Assembly (NCBI RefSeq): GCF_000447205.1
Contig: NZ_AUWY01000019.1
Span: 46,440-110,439 of the forward strand
Length of the DNA: 64,000 nt
Direction: 5' to 3'
DNA from: Sphingobium ummariense RL-3
Lineage (GTDB): Bacteria > Pseudomonadota > Alphaproteobacteria > Sphingomonadales > Sphingomonadaceae
Shown here piece by piece: positions 41,668 through 52,510 of the stretch. Every line of letters begins with the position of its first letter. Within the stretch, counting starts at the first letter, position 1. Position numbers and translations under genes: made by a program. The notes beneath the pieces were generated by a model. That model made no database searches, was not told the DNA's origin, and worked only from the letters and a program-made list of their open reading frames with translations.

Positions 41668-42411
41668 ATGTCGAAGGAAGCGGAGCGCGCGTATCTCGCC
41701 AATATGGGAGAGGGCGGACGCGGCCATAGCCTGGCAAAGCCCTATTCCGATCCGCAATGCGGCATCGAACTGATGGCCATCGGCGCGATCATATCGCTGC
41801 TTCCCCGCCCGCCTGCACGGCTCCTCGACCTGGGCTGCGGCGGCGGCTGGACCAGCGTCTTCTATGCCCGCGCCGGCTACGAGGTCGTCGGGCAGGACAT
41901 CGCACCGGACATGGTCGATCTGGCGGAGGAAAACAGCCGGCTCCACGGCGTCGATCATGTCGCGCGCTTCATCTGCAGCGACTTTGAATCGCTGACGTTC
42001 CAGGAGGAATTCGACGCCGCCATCTTCTTCGACGCGCTGCATCATGCGGAAGATGAGCTTTCGGCCATCCGCTCCGCCTACAAGGCGCTGAAACCCGGCG
42101 GCATCCTCATTACCCATGAGCCCGGCGATGGCCACTCGACCAATCCCCATTCCCTCGATGTGATGGAGCGCTTCGGCGTCACCGAACGCGACATGCCGCC
42201 GCGGCTGATCGTCCAGCGCGGGCAGGAGGTCGGTTTTCGCGACTACCGCGTTATTCCCATGCCGCTGGTGCTCCACGCCATATTCTACGAGCCGCGCGAC
42301 TATCCCCGGCGCTGGCTCAGCAAGCGCCGGTTCCGCATCGTGCGGCGCGTCCTCAAGATGCTCTTCAAGCCGAACATGGGGGAAGGCGCCATCGTCATCA
42401 TGACGAAGTAG
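41668..42411 (+). CDS. Class I SAM-dependent methyltransferase
   Basis: LDLGCGGGWTS (motif I) and the downstream motifs. Confidence 0.8.
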   Translation: MSKEAERAYLANMGEGGRGHSLAKPYSDPQCGIELMAIGAIISLLPRPPARLLDLGCGGGWTSVFYARAGYEVVGQDIAPDMVDLAEENSRLHGVDHVARFICSDFESLTFQEEFDAAIFFDALHHAEDELSAIRSAYKALKPGGILITHEPGDGHSTNPHSLDVMERFGVTERDMPPRLIVQRGQEVGFRDYRVIPMPLVLHAIFYEPRDYPRRWLSKRRFRIVRRVLKMLFKPNMGEGAIVIMTK

Positions 42412-42423
42412 CGCGTCCCGCCG

Positions 42424-43758
42424 TCAGTCCACGAACAACAACGCCGGCGCCTCCAGCACCTTCTTCACCGCCTGCACGAAGCTCGCCGCGTCCCAGCCGT
42501 CGACCACGCGATGGTCGCAGCTGATCGACAGGTTCATCAGCTTCGCCGCGACCACTTCCCGGCCGCGGAACACCGGCCGCTCGATCACCCGGTTGGGGCC
42601 GATGATGGCGACCTCCGGCCGGTTGATGACCGGCGTCGTCGCGATGCCGCCCAGCGGCCCGAGAGACGTGAGCGTCAGCGTGGAACCCGACAGCTCCTCC
42701 GACTTCGCCTTGCCCATCCGCGCCGCATCGGCCAGCCGCCGGATCTCGCCCGCCAGCTGCCAGACATTGCGGTCCTGCGCGTCGCGGATCACCGGGACCA
42801 TCAGCCCGGCGTCGGTTTGCGTCGCGATGCCCAGATGCACGGCGCCGAAGCGGGTCACCACGCCCGCCTCGTCGTCATAGCGGGCGTTCAGCATCGGATA
42901 GTCGGGCAGCGCCTTGCACAGCGCGACGATCAGCAGCGGCAGCATGGTGATCTTGGGCCGCTCGCCCCGGTTCGCGTTCAGCTGTTCGCGCAGTTCCTCC
43001 AGCGCGGTGACGTCGATCTCCTCGACATAGGAGAAATGCGGGATGTGCCGCTTGGACGCCGCCATGTTCTCCGCGATCCGGCGGCGCATGCCGATCACCT
43101 TCACCTGCTCGTCCGCGCGCTTCGCCGCTCGCCCCGCCGGCCGATAGCCCTGCCCCGCGCCATAGAGCAGATAGGCGTCGAGATCGGCATGGCGGATGCG
43201 GTCGCCCGCCGCCTTCACCTGCGCCAGGTCGATCCCCAGTTCCTTCGCCCGCGCACGCACGGCCGGGGAGGCAAGAACGTGCTCCGCCTTGGAGGGGACC
43301 ACCCCAGCTCCGTTCGGGCTGAGCCTGTCGAAGCCCTCTTCTTCTTCCCGAGCCGGGACAGCAGAAGGGAAAGGCCCCCCGACATCGGGCTGAGACAAGT
43401 GGCTCGGCTCGACAGGGCGACCGGCGGCTGTTTCCTCGATCACCGCCTCCCCCGGCGTCTCCGCCGCGATCGTCTCCTCGGACAGCGGCGGTGCCTCGGC
43501 GGCCGCGATCGCCTCGCCCTCCACCTCGATCTCCACCAGCATCGACCCGATCGGCACCTGATCGCCCGGCTCGCCCGCCAGTCGCACCACGGTGCCGGCC
43601 ACCGGGCTTTCCATCTCCACCGTCGCCTTGTCGGTCATCATGTCGGCGATCGGCTGGTCCTCCTCGACCCGGTCGCCGACCTTGACGTGCCAGCCGACGA
43701 TCTCCGCTTCCGAAATGCCCTCGCCGATGTCGGGCAGCTTGAACGTGAACAGCGTCAT
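42424..43758 (-). CDS. bkdB: Dihydrolipoamide acyltransferase (E2) of a branched-chain 2-oxoacid dehydrogenase complex; its linker contains an in-frame repeat-derived insertion
   Basis: N-terminal lipoyl domain (IADMMTDKATVEMESP). C-terminal catalytic domain with DHRVVDG. The linker region includes ...EEEEGFDRLSPNGAGVV..., which is encoded by the Family B repeat arm. Confidence 0.85.
   Translation of the reverse strand: MTLFTFKLPDIGEGISEAEIVGWHVKVGDRVEEDQPIADMMTDKATVEMESPVAGTVVRLAGEPGDQVPIGSMLVEIEVEGEAIAAAEAPPLSEETIAAETPGEAVIEETAAGRPVEPSHLSQPDVGGPFPSAVPAREEEEGFDRLSPNGAGVVPSKAEHVLASPAVRARAKELGIDLAQVKAAGDRIRHADLDAYLLYGAGQGYRPAGRAAKRADEQVKVIGMRRRIAENMAASKRHIPHFSYVEEIDVTALEELREQLNANRGERPKITMLPLLIVALCKALPDYPMLNARYDDEAGVVTRFGAVHLGIATQTDAGLMVPVIRDAQDRNVWQLAGEIRRLADAARMGKAKSEELSGSTLTLTSLGPLGGIATTPVINRPEVAIIGPNRVIERPVFRGREVVAAKLMNLSISCDHRVVDGWDAASFVQAVKKVLEAPALLFVD
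43305..43400. repeat. Family B repeat fragment (copy B5, left arm plus degenerate remainder) inserted in-frame within the E2 linker
   Basis: ccgttcgggctgagcctgtcgaagccc at 43309-43335 inside the bkdB ORF. The reading frame is maintained. Confidence 0.6.
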
Positions 43759-43764
43759 GACGCC

Positions 43765-44811
43765 TTAGTCCTTCATGATCTTGGTGATGGCCTCGCGAAT
43801 GCGCACCGGCCCCGGAAAATAGGCCCATTCCAGGCTGTGCGGATAGGGCGTGTCGAACCCCGTGACGCGCTCCACCGGCGCCTCCAGATGATAGAAGCAG
43901 CGCTCCTGCACCAGTGCGGAGAGTTCCGCGCCGAAACCGCTGGTCCGCGTCGCCTCGTGCACGATCAGGCAGCGGCCGGTCTTCCTGACCGACCCCTCGA
44001 TCGCCTTGATGTCCAGCGGCACCAACGTGCGCAGATCGACGATCTCCGCATCGATGCCCAGTTTCGCGACGGTATTCTCGACCACATGGACCATCGTGCC
44101 ATAGCACAGGATGGTCAGCGCCTCGCCCGGCCGGACGATCCGCGCCTTCCCCAGTTCGATGCGATAATAGCCGGCGGGGACCTGCGCCTCCGGATGCCCG
44201 GCCCAGCTCCTCGCAGGCGTGTCGTAATGACCGTCGAACGGGCCGTTATAGATGCGCTTGGGCTCGAAGAAGATGACCGGATCATTATCCTCGATCGCCG
44301 CGATCAGCAGCCCCTTGGCGTCATAGGGCGTCGACGGGATCACCGTCTTGACGCCGGAGACGTGGGTAAAGATGCCTTCGGGCGACTGGCTGTGCGTCTG
44401 CCCGCCGAAGATGCCGCCGCCGAAGGGCGATCGCACCGTCATCGGCGCGATGAACTCGCCCGCCGACCGGTAACGCAGCCGCGCCGCCTCGCTCACCAGC
44501 TGGTCGAGTGCGGGATAGATATAGTCGGCGAACTGGATCTCCGGCACGGGGCGCAGCCCATAGGCGCCCATGCCCACCGCGACGCCGATGATCCCGCATT
44601 CGGTGATCGGCGTATCGAACACCCGGTTCTTGCCATATTTCTGCTGCAAGCCGGCCGTGGCGCGGAACACGCCGCCGAAAAAGCCGACATCCTCGCCCAT
44701 CACGACCACGTCGGGGTCGCGCTCCATCATCACGTCCAGCGCGCTGTTGATCGCCTGGATCATGGTCATCTGGGTGGTTTGGGTGCGGGTTTCGATCACG
44801 TCATCAGCCAT
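43765..44811 (-). CDS. bkdA2: 2-oxoisovalerate dehydrogenase E1 component beta subunit
   Basis: Transketolase-like pyrimidine-binding and C-terminal domains. 348 aa. Confidence 0.85.
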   Translation of the reverse strand: MADDVIETRTQTTQMTMIQAINSALDVMMERDPDVVVMGEDVGFFGGVFRATAGLQQKYGKNRVFDTPITECGIIGVAVGMGAYGLRPVPEIQFADYIYPALDQLVSEAARLRYRSAGEFIAPMTVRSPFGGGIFGGQTHSQSPEGIFTHVSGVKTVIPSTPYDAKGLLIAAIEDNDPVIFFEPKRIYNGPFDGHYDTPARSWAGHPEAQVPAGYYRIELGKARIVRPGEALTILCYGTMVHVVENTVAKLGIDAEIVDLRTLVPLDIKAIEGSVRKTGRCLIVHEATRTSGFGAELSALVQERCFYHLEAPVERVTGFDTPYPHSLEWAYFPGPVRIREAITKIMKD

Positions 44812-44827
44812 GACGCATCACCATTTT

Positions 44828-44910
44828 TCCCGTTCGCCCTGAGCCTGTCGAAGGGCTTTCCTTTCTTAAAGAAAAAAGCAGGGCTTCGACAGGCTCAGCC
44901 CGAGCGGATG
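44828..44910. repeat. Family B MITE-like element (copy B6) between the E1beta and E1alpha genes
   Basis: ccgttcgccctgagcctgtcgaagggc ... gggcttcgacaggctcagcccgagcgg. Confidence 0.8.
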
Positions 44911-44928
44911 TGGAGATCACGTTTTTCC

Positions 44929-46275
<1,347 letters not shown>

Positions 46276-46328
46276 TCAAAGCACTGGAAGGCAAGATGCT
46301 CCGTTAACTCGCCACCTCGCTCACCGCC

Positions 46329-47258
46329 TTAAACCGCGACCGGCGCCGCGATATGGGCCTGCGGCGCATAATCCAGCACCTCGAAATCCTCGATCCGATA
46401 GTCGAAAATGCTCGAAGGCCGCCGATTGATCCGTAGCCTGGGCGCGCCAGCGGGAACCCGGTTCATCTGCTCCTCCACCAGCGCCGCATGGTTCAGGTAC
46501 AGATGGACGTCGCCCCCCTGCCAGACGACCTCGCCCGGCTCCAGATCGCATTGCTGGGCCAGCATCCGGGTGATCATGGAAAGTCCGAAGATGTTGAAGG
46601 CAAAGCCCAGCCCCAGGTCGCAGCTGCGCTGGAACAGCAGGCCGTTCAGCCGCCCCTCCGCCACCTGGAACTGATAGGTCATATGGCAGGGCGGCAGCGC
46701 CATGTTCGCGATCTCCGCCACATTCCAGCCGGTAAATAGCAATCTGCGCGATCCCGGCGTCGCCCGAATCGCCTCGACCAGCGCCGCGATCTGGTTGTGC
46801 CCCTTTTCCGCCTTGCGGTAGAGGCCGTCCCCCACCGGTTCGTAGCGCGGCCAGTCCACCCACTGCGCGCCATAGACCGGGCCCAGGTCGCCCCACTGCC
46901 GCGCGAACGCCTCGTCCGCCACGATCCGCGCCTCGAAGGCGTCGCGGTCGATCGCCTCCCCCGTCGCCTTGCGATAGGCGTCGAGCGGCCAGTCCGTCCA
47001 GATATGCACCCCCTGCCGCACCAGTTCGCGGATATTGGTGTCCCCGGTCAGGAACCACAGCATCTCCCGCGCCGCGACCTTCCAGTAGACCCGCTTGGTG
47101 GTCAGCAGCGGCACGGCATCGTCCGCCAGCGAAAAGCGCATCGTCGCCCCCAGGATCGACCGCGTGCCGACTCCGGTGCGGTCGATCCGCTCGTCCCCTT
47201 CGGTCCAGACGCGGCGCATCAGGTCCAGATATTGCTGCTCATAATGCGGGCTGGTCAT
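46329..47258 (-). CDS. thyA: Thymidylate synthase (ThyA)
   Basis: 309 aa with the active-site region ...LPPCHMTYQFQV... and an overall ThyA pattern. Confidence 0.9.
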   Translation of the reverse strand: MTSPHYEQQYLDLMRRVWTEGDERIDRTGVGTRSILGATMRFSLADDAVPLLTTKRVYWKVAAREMLWFLTGDTNIRELVRQGVHIWTDWPLDAYRKATGEAIDRDAFEARIVADEAFARQWGDLGPVYGAQWVDWPRYEPVGDGLYRKAEKGHNQIAALVEAIRATPGSRRLLFTGWNVAEIANMALPPCHMTYQFQVAEGRLNGLLFQRSCDLGLGFAFNIFGLSMITRMLAQQCDLEPGEVVWQGGDVHLYLNHAALVEEQMNRVPAGAPRLRINRRPSSIFDYRIEDFEVLDYAPQAHIAAPVAV

Positions 47259-47396
47259 GGTCTCTTTCAGGACAGTGGATCGCGCCGACTGTAGCGGCTA
47301 AAAAAAGCGCATCCAAGCGCTTGCCAGCCCCCAAAGCCCTCACTATAGACCGCGACCTGCCTTACGGGGGCGCGGCATCGCGCTTCCGGCATCGGT

Positions 47397-47473
47397 CGGG
47401 GAATAGCTCAGCCTGGTAGAGCACTGTCTTCGGGAGGCAGGGGCCGGAGGTTCGAATCCTCTTTCCCCGACCA
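47397..47473 (+). tRNA. tRNA-Pro (anticodon CGG)
   Basis: CGGGGAATAGCTCAGCCTGGTAGAGCACTGTCTTCGGGAGGCAGGGGCCGGAGGTTCGAATCCTCTTTCCCCGACCA. Canonical cloverleaf with anticodon loop UUCGGGA and encoded CCA. Confidence 0.9.
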
Positions 47474-47497
47474 ACATGTTATGATCGGCCTTTGAGC

Positions 47498-47989
47498 ATG
47501 CGCAGCCAGACCGCCGAGCTCGACGATTTCGACAGGAAGATCATCGCCGCCTTGGCCGAGGACGGGCGCATGACCGTCACCGACCTCGCCCAGCTGGTCG
47601 GCCTGTCCAAGACTCCCTGCCAGGTCCGGCTCAAGCGCCTTGTCGATAGCGGCGTCATCCGCGGCTTCCGCGCCATCGTCGACCAGGCGAAGCTCGGCAT
47701 GGACCATGTCGCCTTCGCCGAAGTAAAGCTCAGCGACACGCGGGAAAAGGCCCTCGCCGAATTCAACGCGGCCGTCCGGCGCATTCCCGAGGTCGAGGAA
47801 TGCCACATGATCGCCAGCAGCTTCGACTATCTGCTGAAGGTGCGCACCGCCGACATCCGCCGCTACCGCATGGTGCTGGGGGAGAAGATCTCCAGCCTGC
47901 CCCATGTCGCCAGCACATCGACCTTCGTCGCGATGGAAACGGTGCTCGACTCCGGCAGCACCCGCCCGCGCGGCGGCAAGGCCGGATAA
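47498..47989 (+). CDS. lrp: Lrp/AsnC family transcriptional regulator
   Basis: N-terminal HTH (LDDFDRKIIAALAEDGRMTVTDLAQLVGLSKTPCQVRLKRL) plus a RAM domain. Confidence 0.85.
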   Translation: MRSQTAELDDFDRKIIAALAEDGRMTVTDLAQLVGLSKTPCQVRLKRLVDSGVIRGFRAIVDQAKLGMDHVAFAEVKLSDTREKALAEFNAAVRRIPEVEECHMIASSFDYLLKVRTADIRRYRMVLGEKISSLPHVASTSTFVAMETVLDSGSTRPRGGKAG

Positions 47990-48004
47990 GAGCGCTATCG
48001 GCTC

Positions 48005-49246
48005 CTAGTCGAACAGGCCGAGCGGTATCGCCTCCGCCATCGCCCGATAGCCCGCGGGCGAGGGGTGCAAGCCATCACCCATATCATAGGCGGGCAACAG
48101 ACGATCGGGCTGCGCGGGATCGCGCGTCACCTTGTCGAAATCGACCACCGCATCGAAATGGCCGGGCGCCCTGATCCAGGCGTTCACCGCCTGCCGGTCC
48201 GCCTCGTTCCTGGCATCGGGGTGGTAATAATCGTTGCTGCCATAGGGCAGGATCGTGGCGCCGATCACCTTGATCCCGTGCGCATGGGCGCGCGCGATGA
48301 TCTGGCGATAGGCGCCGATGACCCGCTCGACCAGGCGGACGTGCTCGGCCTCGCTGATCGGCGCCTCGCGCGTGGCGGTGCCGAGGTCGTTGACCCCTTC
48401 CAGCACGATCAGGCTGGTCACGCCCGGCTGCGCGAGCACGTCCCGGTCCAGGCGCGCCAGCGCACTGGGGCCCAGGCCGTCGTTCAGCAGCCGGTTGCCG
48501 CCGATCCCTTGGTTGACCACGGCGATATGGCGGCGCTTCGGATCGGCCTGGAGCCGTGCCGCCAGCACGTCGGTCCAGCGGTCGTTGCCGTCGGTGGTCG
48601 ATCCCCGCCCGTCGGTGATGGAATCGCCCAGCGCGACGACCAGCTTCGCCGGGCCGCAGCGCTCCACCTCCACCGCGGCCAGCGTCTGCCAGCGTTCGAA
48701 GGTCTTCGCCCCTTCCATCGCCGGGTCGTTCAGATGGTCGCCCGGCAGCACATAGGATGTCGCGCGTGATCCGGGATGAGACGTCTGGGCCGACGGCTCC
48801 TCGGCATAAAGGATGCTGACTGCGAGATTGCCGAATGCCTTGACGGGCATGTCGACCGGGTCGGACAGATAGTCGCCACCCGCCGGCAGGATGACGTCGG
48901 CCCGTCCGTCGAAGCGCAGCCGCATAAGCGAGCCACCCTCGATCGCCCCGCCTTTCGCGCCGAGCGCCCGCGCAATGCTGGCGCCGCTGATCCGAAGGGG
49001 CCGCGTCCCCGCCAGGTTGGACAGCCGGACGCGCAGCCGTCGGCCGTCGATCGAAGAACGGACGATCTGGCGCAAGCTGTTGCCGCCCAGCGTTCCGGGC
49101 GGCAGCACATTATCGCCGGTCGGCAGCATCTGGGATGAGGCCCAGCCGTTGATCCAGACCGGCACGCACGGGGCGGCCGAGGCGGGCGCCACGCCCAGCA
49201 GGCCGATCGGAAGCAGGAAGAGAAGCGATCGCATGGCTGTCATCAT
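48005..49246 (-). CDS. SGNH/GDSL-family hydrolase (candidate carbohydrate esterase) with signal peptide
   Basis: GDSITDG block I motif and DxxH near the C-terminus. Start placed downstream of the terminator hairpin (M at 49246); the track extends it to 49294. Confidence 0.7.
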   Translation of the reverse strand: MMTAMRSLLFLLPIGLLGVAPASAAPCVPVWINGWASSQMLPTGDNVLPPGTLGGNSLRQIVRSSIDGRRLRVRLSNLAGTRPLRISGASIARALGAKGGAIEGGSLMRLRFDGRADVILPAGGDYLSDPVDMPVKAFGNLAVSILYAEEPSAQTSHPGSRATSYVLPGDHLNDPAMEGAKTFERWQTLAAVEVERCGPAKLVVALGDSITDGRGSTTDGNDRWTDVLAARLQADPKRRHIAVVNQGIGGNRLLNDGLGPSALARLDRDVLAQPGVTSLIVLEGVNDLGTATREAPISEAEHVRLVERVIGAYRQIIARAHAHGIKVIGATILPYGSNDYYHPDARNEADRQAVNAWIRAPGHFDAVVDFDKVTRDPAQPDRLLPAYDMGDGLHPSPAGYRAMAEAIPLGLFD

Positions 49247-49261
49247 GGCCGTCATTCCCTC

Positions 49262-49292
49262 AAAGAAAAAGGGCCGGCCCGAAGGCCGACCC
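49262..49292 (-). terminator. Rho-independent terminator downstream of the TonB-dependent receptor gene
   Basis: On the minus strand it reads gggtcggccttcgggccggccc followed by a T-run (ttttt). Confidence 0.6.
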
Positions 49293-49312
49293 ACAAGTTC
49301 CTCGGGGGAGGA

Positions 49313-52240
49313 TCAGAAGTTCGCCCGGACGCCCGCCAGCACCTGCCGGCCGGGGTAGAAGATCGAATAAGGCGCGTTGTCGTAGGCGAAGATGGTGCGA
49401 ATCGGCTCGTTGGTGATGTTGAGCACGTCCACCGTCAGGCGCAGCGCCTTGTTGAAGAAGGGCAGCTGGTAACCCGCCGACAGGTCGAGCTGGCCGCGCG
49501 AGTCATTGCCCAGGAAGGCTTCGGTAATGCCGTTCTGCGGCCCGTTCGCGCCGATCGACTTGTCGTTCCAGACATAGTTCAGGCTGACCGACAGGCCGTT
49601 ATTCTCATAGAAGCCCTGCAGGTTGTACGACCACTTCGGCACGCCCGTCGCGACCAGGCCCGAAGAGGACGACTGCTTGAGGTAGGTGCCGTTGGCCGAG
49701 AAGCCGAGGCCCTTCACCAGGAAGTCGAGCGGCTGCACCCAGGTCGCCTCGATCCCCTGGATCTTCAGAGACTGGAGGTTGATCGGCCGGTTCACCGTGA
49801 CCGGCAGGTCGTTGACGGCAAGGCCGGTTGCCTGGGCACGGTCGTTCAACGCGTTCTGCTGCGTCGACTGGAGGCTGGCGAACGGGATGTTGAGCGAACC
49901 GAAGGTCACCTGGCTCTGCTGCGTCAGCGTGAAGCCTTGGATGTTCTTCTGGAAGCCGGTCAGGCCGATATAGCCGATGCCGCCGGTATAATATTCGCCG
50001 CCGATGTCGATATTGTCGGACGTGAACGGCTTAAGGTCGGGGTTGCCCGCCGTGGCCACCAGCGCCGACGGATCGGAGAAGGTAACGCCGGGCAGGATGT
50101 TGCTGGCTTCCGGCCGCGTCATCGTCCGCGACGCGGAGAAGCGCAGCTTGAGATTGTCCATGGCGCTCCACGTGACGTTCAGCGCCGGCAGGAAGTTTTC
50201 ATAAGTCGAGTTGGCCTCGATATCGACGATCGTGTCGCCGACCTGGCTCGGGCCGAGCACATTCTGCTTCGTGCGGGCATAACGCATGCCGGCATTCACA
50301 TCCAGGTCGCGACCCAGGAAGGTCGTCTTCCCGTTGACCTCGAAATAGGCGCCCCAGACCTTCTCGTCCACGTCACCGGTCGGCGTGCCCGTCACCGCGC
50401 CGCGCGATTCCGGCGCATTGTCGCGGAACTGCTCATAGTTGGTGGCGTCGATGATCTGCTGGAAATTCGGCACCACATAGGCGGTGTAGCCGACGTTGCG
50501 GTTCGCCAGATGGCCGAAATTGTTGACCGGGAACGGCATCAGATATTGCGGGATCTGCGCGTTGGTGATCGAACCCGTCAGGCCGTCGCAGGTCGCTCCG
50601 CACACCGTCGCCTGATAGGCGCTGCTGTTGTCATAGGCGCGCACGATGCGCTTGGCGCGGTCATAGGCACCGCCGACCTTGAAGTTCAGGAACTCGTCGC
50701 CATAGGTCAGGTCCAGATGCGCGCCCTGCGTCTCGGTACGACGGCGGACGTTCTGGACGTTCTGGCGATACCACTGCCAGCCGGCGTCCGGGCTGTTCAG
50801 GTCGATATTGGTCGTGATCTGCGGATAATAGCCGTCGGTATTGTCATAATAGACGTCCACGCCCGACTGCGGCGTCGTCTGGAACGCCCAGGTCGGCTGC
50901 TCGCGGAAGAAGCGGCTCTTCGACATGTTGAAGTTCGCGACGACCTTCAGCTTGTCGGTCGGCTCCCACGTCACGCTGGGGTTGATGTTCCAGAAATGCG
51001 TGGTCTGCTTGAACCGGCTCGCCTCCAGGAAGAAGGACGAGTTGGCGAAGGTGCCGCTGGTCACGACATTGTTCTCGTCGACCGTCAGGTCGATCGGGAT
51101 CATGCCGCCGGTCGACTGCGGGCTCGTGCCGGGGCCGGAGTTGCGGACCTGCCAGTTCATGTTGACGCGGGTGAAGTCGCGGGTCGACTTGGCCCAGATG
51201 CCGTCGATCGCGAAATGCAGTTCGTCGCTGGGGCGCCATTCGACCGAGGCCAGCGCCGAGATGCGCGAGCGGTCGCCTTCGGTCAGCGCGTTGCGGGCGA
51301 GGCGCGGGATCAGCGCGGTGCTCAGCTGGTCGCGGGTCAGGCCGGAGGTCGCGACCACGTCGACCGGCTGGCCGGCCACCAGGCCATGGCCGGTGTTGCG
51401 GGGCACGACCGACGCCCAGTTGAAGTTGTTGCCGCCCGGATCGCCGGCGCCCAGATTGCCGTCGGTCCAGCCCACCGTGTCGAAACCGTCGACGCGGGTC
51501 TTGGTCTTGACCCCCGCAACGCCCAGCAGGATGCCGAACGTATCGGTGGTGTGGCTGGCGACGATCGCGCCGCGCGGGCTCAGGCGATCATTGCTGTCGG
51601 TATATTGGCCCTGCGCGACGACGGTGACATGGGTGCCCGGCTTGTCGAAGGGGCGCGCATTGCGCAGGTTGACGGTGCCGGCGATGCCACCCTCGATGGT
51701 CGATGCCGTCGCCGATTTGGCGAGGTCGAGCCGTGTGAACAGTTCCGACGGGAAGAAGTCGAGGTCGACCTGGCGGTTGTCGCCGCCACCACCGGTGGTG
51801 CCGCCGTCCGACGCGACCGCAATCTGCGAGCCGTTCAGCAGGACCTTCGAGAAGCTGGGGCCAAGGCCGCGGATCGCGACCTGCGTGCCTTCGCCGGTGA
51901 TGTCGCGGTTCAGGCGAACGCCCGGCATGCGGTTCAGCGTTTCGGCAAGGTTGGTGGCAGGCAGCTTGCCGATATCCTCGGCGAAGATCGAGTCACCAAA
52001 AGCCACGGCATTCTTCTTGGCGTTGGTCGCGCTCTGGAGGCTGCCGCGGATACCGGTCACGACGATGTCGGCGGCTTCATCCTGCGGCGGGGCGACGTCG
52101 GGGGTCTGCGGGGCAGCATCGGCGGCCTGCGGAGCGGTCGCGGCGGCATCCTGCGCCAGCGCGGCGGAGGCAGCGCCCATCGACCCGATCGCGGAGGCGA
52201 GCAGGGCAAGACGGAATGCGTGGGTACGAGAAACAGACAT
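49313..52240 (-). CDS. TonB-dependent outer-membrane receptor (probable oligosaccharide/uronate uptake)
   Basis: Signal peptide, TonB box/plug region (DIVVTGIRGS...), long beta-barrel and a C-terminal aromatic residue (...GVRANF). Start at 52240 with the SD ggagagggg. Confidence 0.9.
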   Translation of the reverse strand: MSVSRTHAFRLALLASAIGSMGAASAALAQDAAATAPQAADAAPQTPDVAPPQDEAADIVVTGIRGSLQSATNAKKNAVAFGDSIFAEDIGKLPATNLAETLNRMPGVRLNRDITGEGTQVAIRGLGPSFSKVLLNGSQIAVASDGGTTGGGGDNRQVDLDFFPSELFTRLDLAKSATASTIEGGIAGTVNLRNARPFDKPGTHVTVVAQGQYTDSNDRLSPRGAIVASHTTDTFGILLGVAGVKTKTRVDGFDTVGWTDGNLGAGDPGGNNFNWASVVPRNTGHGLVAGQPVDVVATSGLTRDQLSTALIPRLARNALTEGDRSRISALASVEWRPSDELHFAIDGIWAKSTRDFTRVNMNWQVRNSGPGTSPQSTGGMIPIDLTVDENNVVTSGTFANSSFFLEASRFKQTTHFWNINPSVTWEPTDKLKVVANFNMSKSRFFREQPTWAFQTTPQSGVDVYYDNTDGYYPQITTNIDLNSPDAGWQWYRQNVQNVRRRTETQGAHLDLTYGDEFLNFKVGGAYDRAKRIVRAYDNSSAYQATVCGATCDGLTGSITNAQIPQYLMPFPVNNFGHLANRNVGYTAYVVPNFQQIIDATNYEQFRDNAPESRGAVTGTPTGDVDEKVWGAYFEVNGKTTFLGRDLDVNAGMRYARTKQNVLGPSQVGDTIVDIEANSTYENFLPALNVTWSAMDNLKLRFSASRTMTRPEASNILPGVTFSDPSALVATAGNPDLKPFTSDNIDIGGEYYTGGIGYIGLTGFQKNIQGFTLTQQSQVTFGSLNIPFASLQSTQQNALNDRAQATGLAVNDLPVTVNRPINLQSLKIQGIEATWVQPLDFLVKGLGFSANGTYLKQSSSSGLVATGVPKWSYNLQGFYENNGLSVSLNYVWNDKSIGANGPQNGITEAFLGNDSRGQLDLSAGYQLPFFNKALRLTVDVLNITNEPIRTIFAYDNAPYSIFYPGRQVLAGVRANF

Positions 52241-52286
52241 GGGTAACCCCTCTCCTGAAACACAGCTCAACAGCTGTTAAACCAGC

Positions 52287-52300
52287 TGGTAGCGCTATCA
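52287..52300. promoter_or_regulatory. Near-palindromic LacI-type operator candidate TGGTAGCGCTATCA in the TonB-dependent receptor promoter
   Basis: 14-bp pseudo-palindrome centred on AGCGCT, about 50 bp upstream of the receptor start. A near-identical copy lies at 60539-60554. Confidence 0.5.
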
Positions 52301-52510
52301 GATGGCTGCATAGTCTTGTCCGAGTTTTTGTCAAGCAGCCACCGAGCACTCGGATCGTGGGATTGCGGTGGATGGAGCAGTCGCTTCCATCATGGACAAA
52401 AAGCAGCCGAAACCCGCTACTTATGTCCGGCCTGCCTCCGACCTGTTACAGATGCGGAATATCGTATACCGTTCTCAGGCAAGTGGCATGAACTGGCCGA
52501 GTCGGCGCGG

